Source: a candidate division WOR-3 bacterium (GTDB taxonomy: Bacteria; Hydrothermota; Hydrothermia; JBDRYB01). Taken from it: DNA of 38,783 bases. The notes beneath the pieces are model-generated. The model was not told the DNA's origin. It was given only the letters and a program-made list of their open reading frames with translations, and searched no databases. How positions within the stretch are numbered: the first letter of the stretch is position 1; the number at the start of each line of letters is the position of its first letter. The stretch spans positions 1 through 38,783 of the forward strand of contig JBDRYB010000019.1 of NCBI GenBank assembly GCA_039803205.1, given 5' to 3'. Both the position numbers and the translations under genes were made by a program. Positions 38,733 through 38,783 of this stretch are shown here, one piece after another.

Positions 38733-38783
38733 TCGTCAGGGCACAAGGCGCTTTGCGCCTTGCCGAAGGGAATGCCCTGACGA
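38733..38783. repeat. nested palindromic element at the window end
   Basis: TCGTCAGGGCA...TGCCCTGACGA perfect 11-bp inverted repeat enclosing CAAGGCGC-ttt-GCGCCTTG. Confidence 0.8.

Noticed and set aside
38276..38746. 156-aa minus-strand ORF
   Set aside because: Crosses a terminator and is antisense to the FG-GAP gene; no SD or motif.
38777..38783. CTGACGA as a hammerhead ribozyme core
   Set aside because: It is paired within the inverted repeat, and the GAAA core and stems cannot be seen in the window.

Overview
Compact bacterial chromosomal segment, about 55% GC by eye. The gene content (gingipain-like C25 protease, several proteins with T9SS/FlgD-like C-terminal domains, TonB receptor, TamB) points to a diderm, possibly an FCB-related candidate lineage such as WOR-3/TA06; this is inference only. 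It carries housekeeping genes (glyS, ftcD, rpsL-rpsG-rpsP-khpA-trmD-rplS-yraN, rpmB, thiI, thpR, fprA), secreted proteases and beta-propeller proteins, three GT-C-like membrane proteins and two decayed transposase remnants. No rRNA, tRNA or CRISPR array was recognised. The most unusual signals concern gene expression and export. (i) Eight genes have an exact TATAAT 6-7 nt before the start codon, implying leaderless mRNAs. (ii) Seven predicted exported proteins begin with an ultra-short hydrophobic peptide that has no basic n-region. (iii) The str operon is fused directly to the rpsP operon, and a structured ~105-nt element that pairs over the trmD start sits where rimM normally lies. (iv) There are probable ATA start codons and an 18-bp promoter spacer bias. 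(v) A ~50-bp dispersed repeat and a palindromic element occur near the right end.
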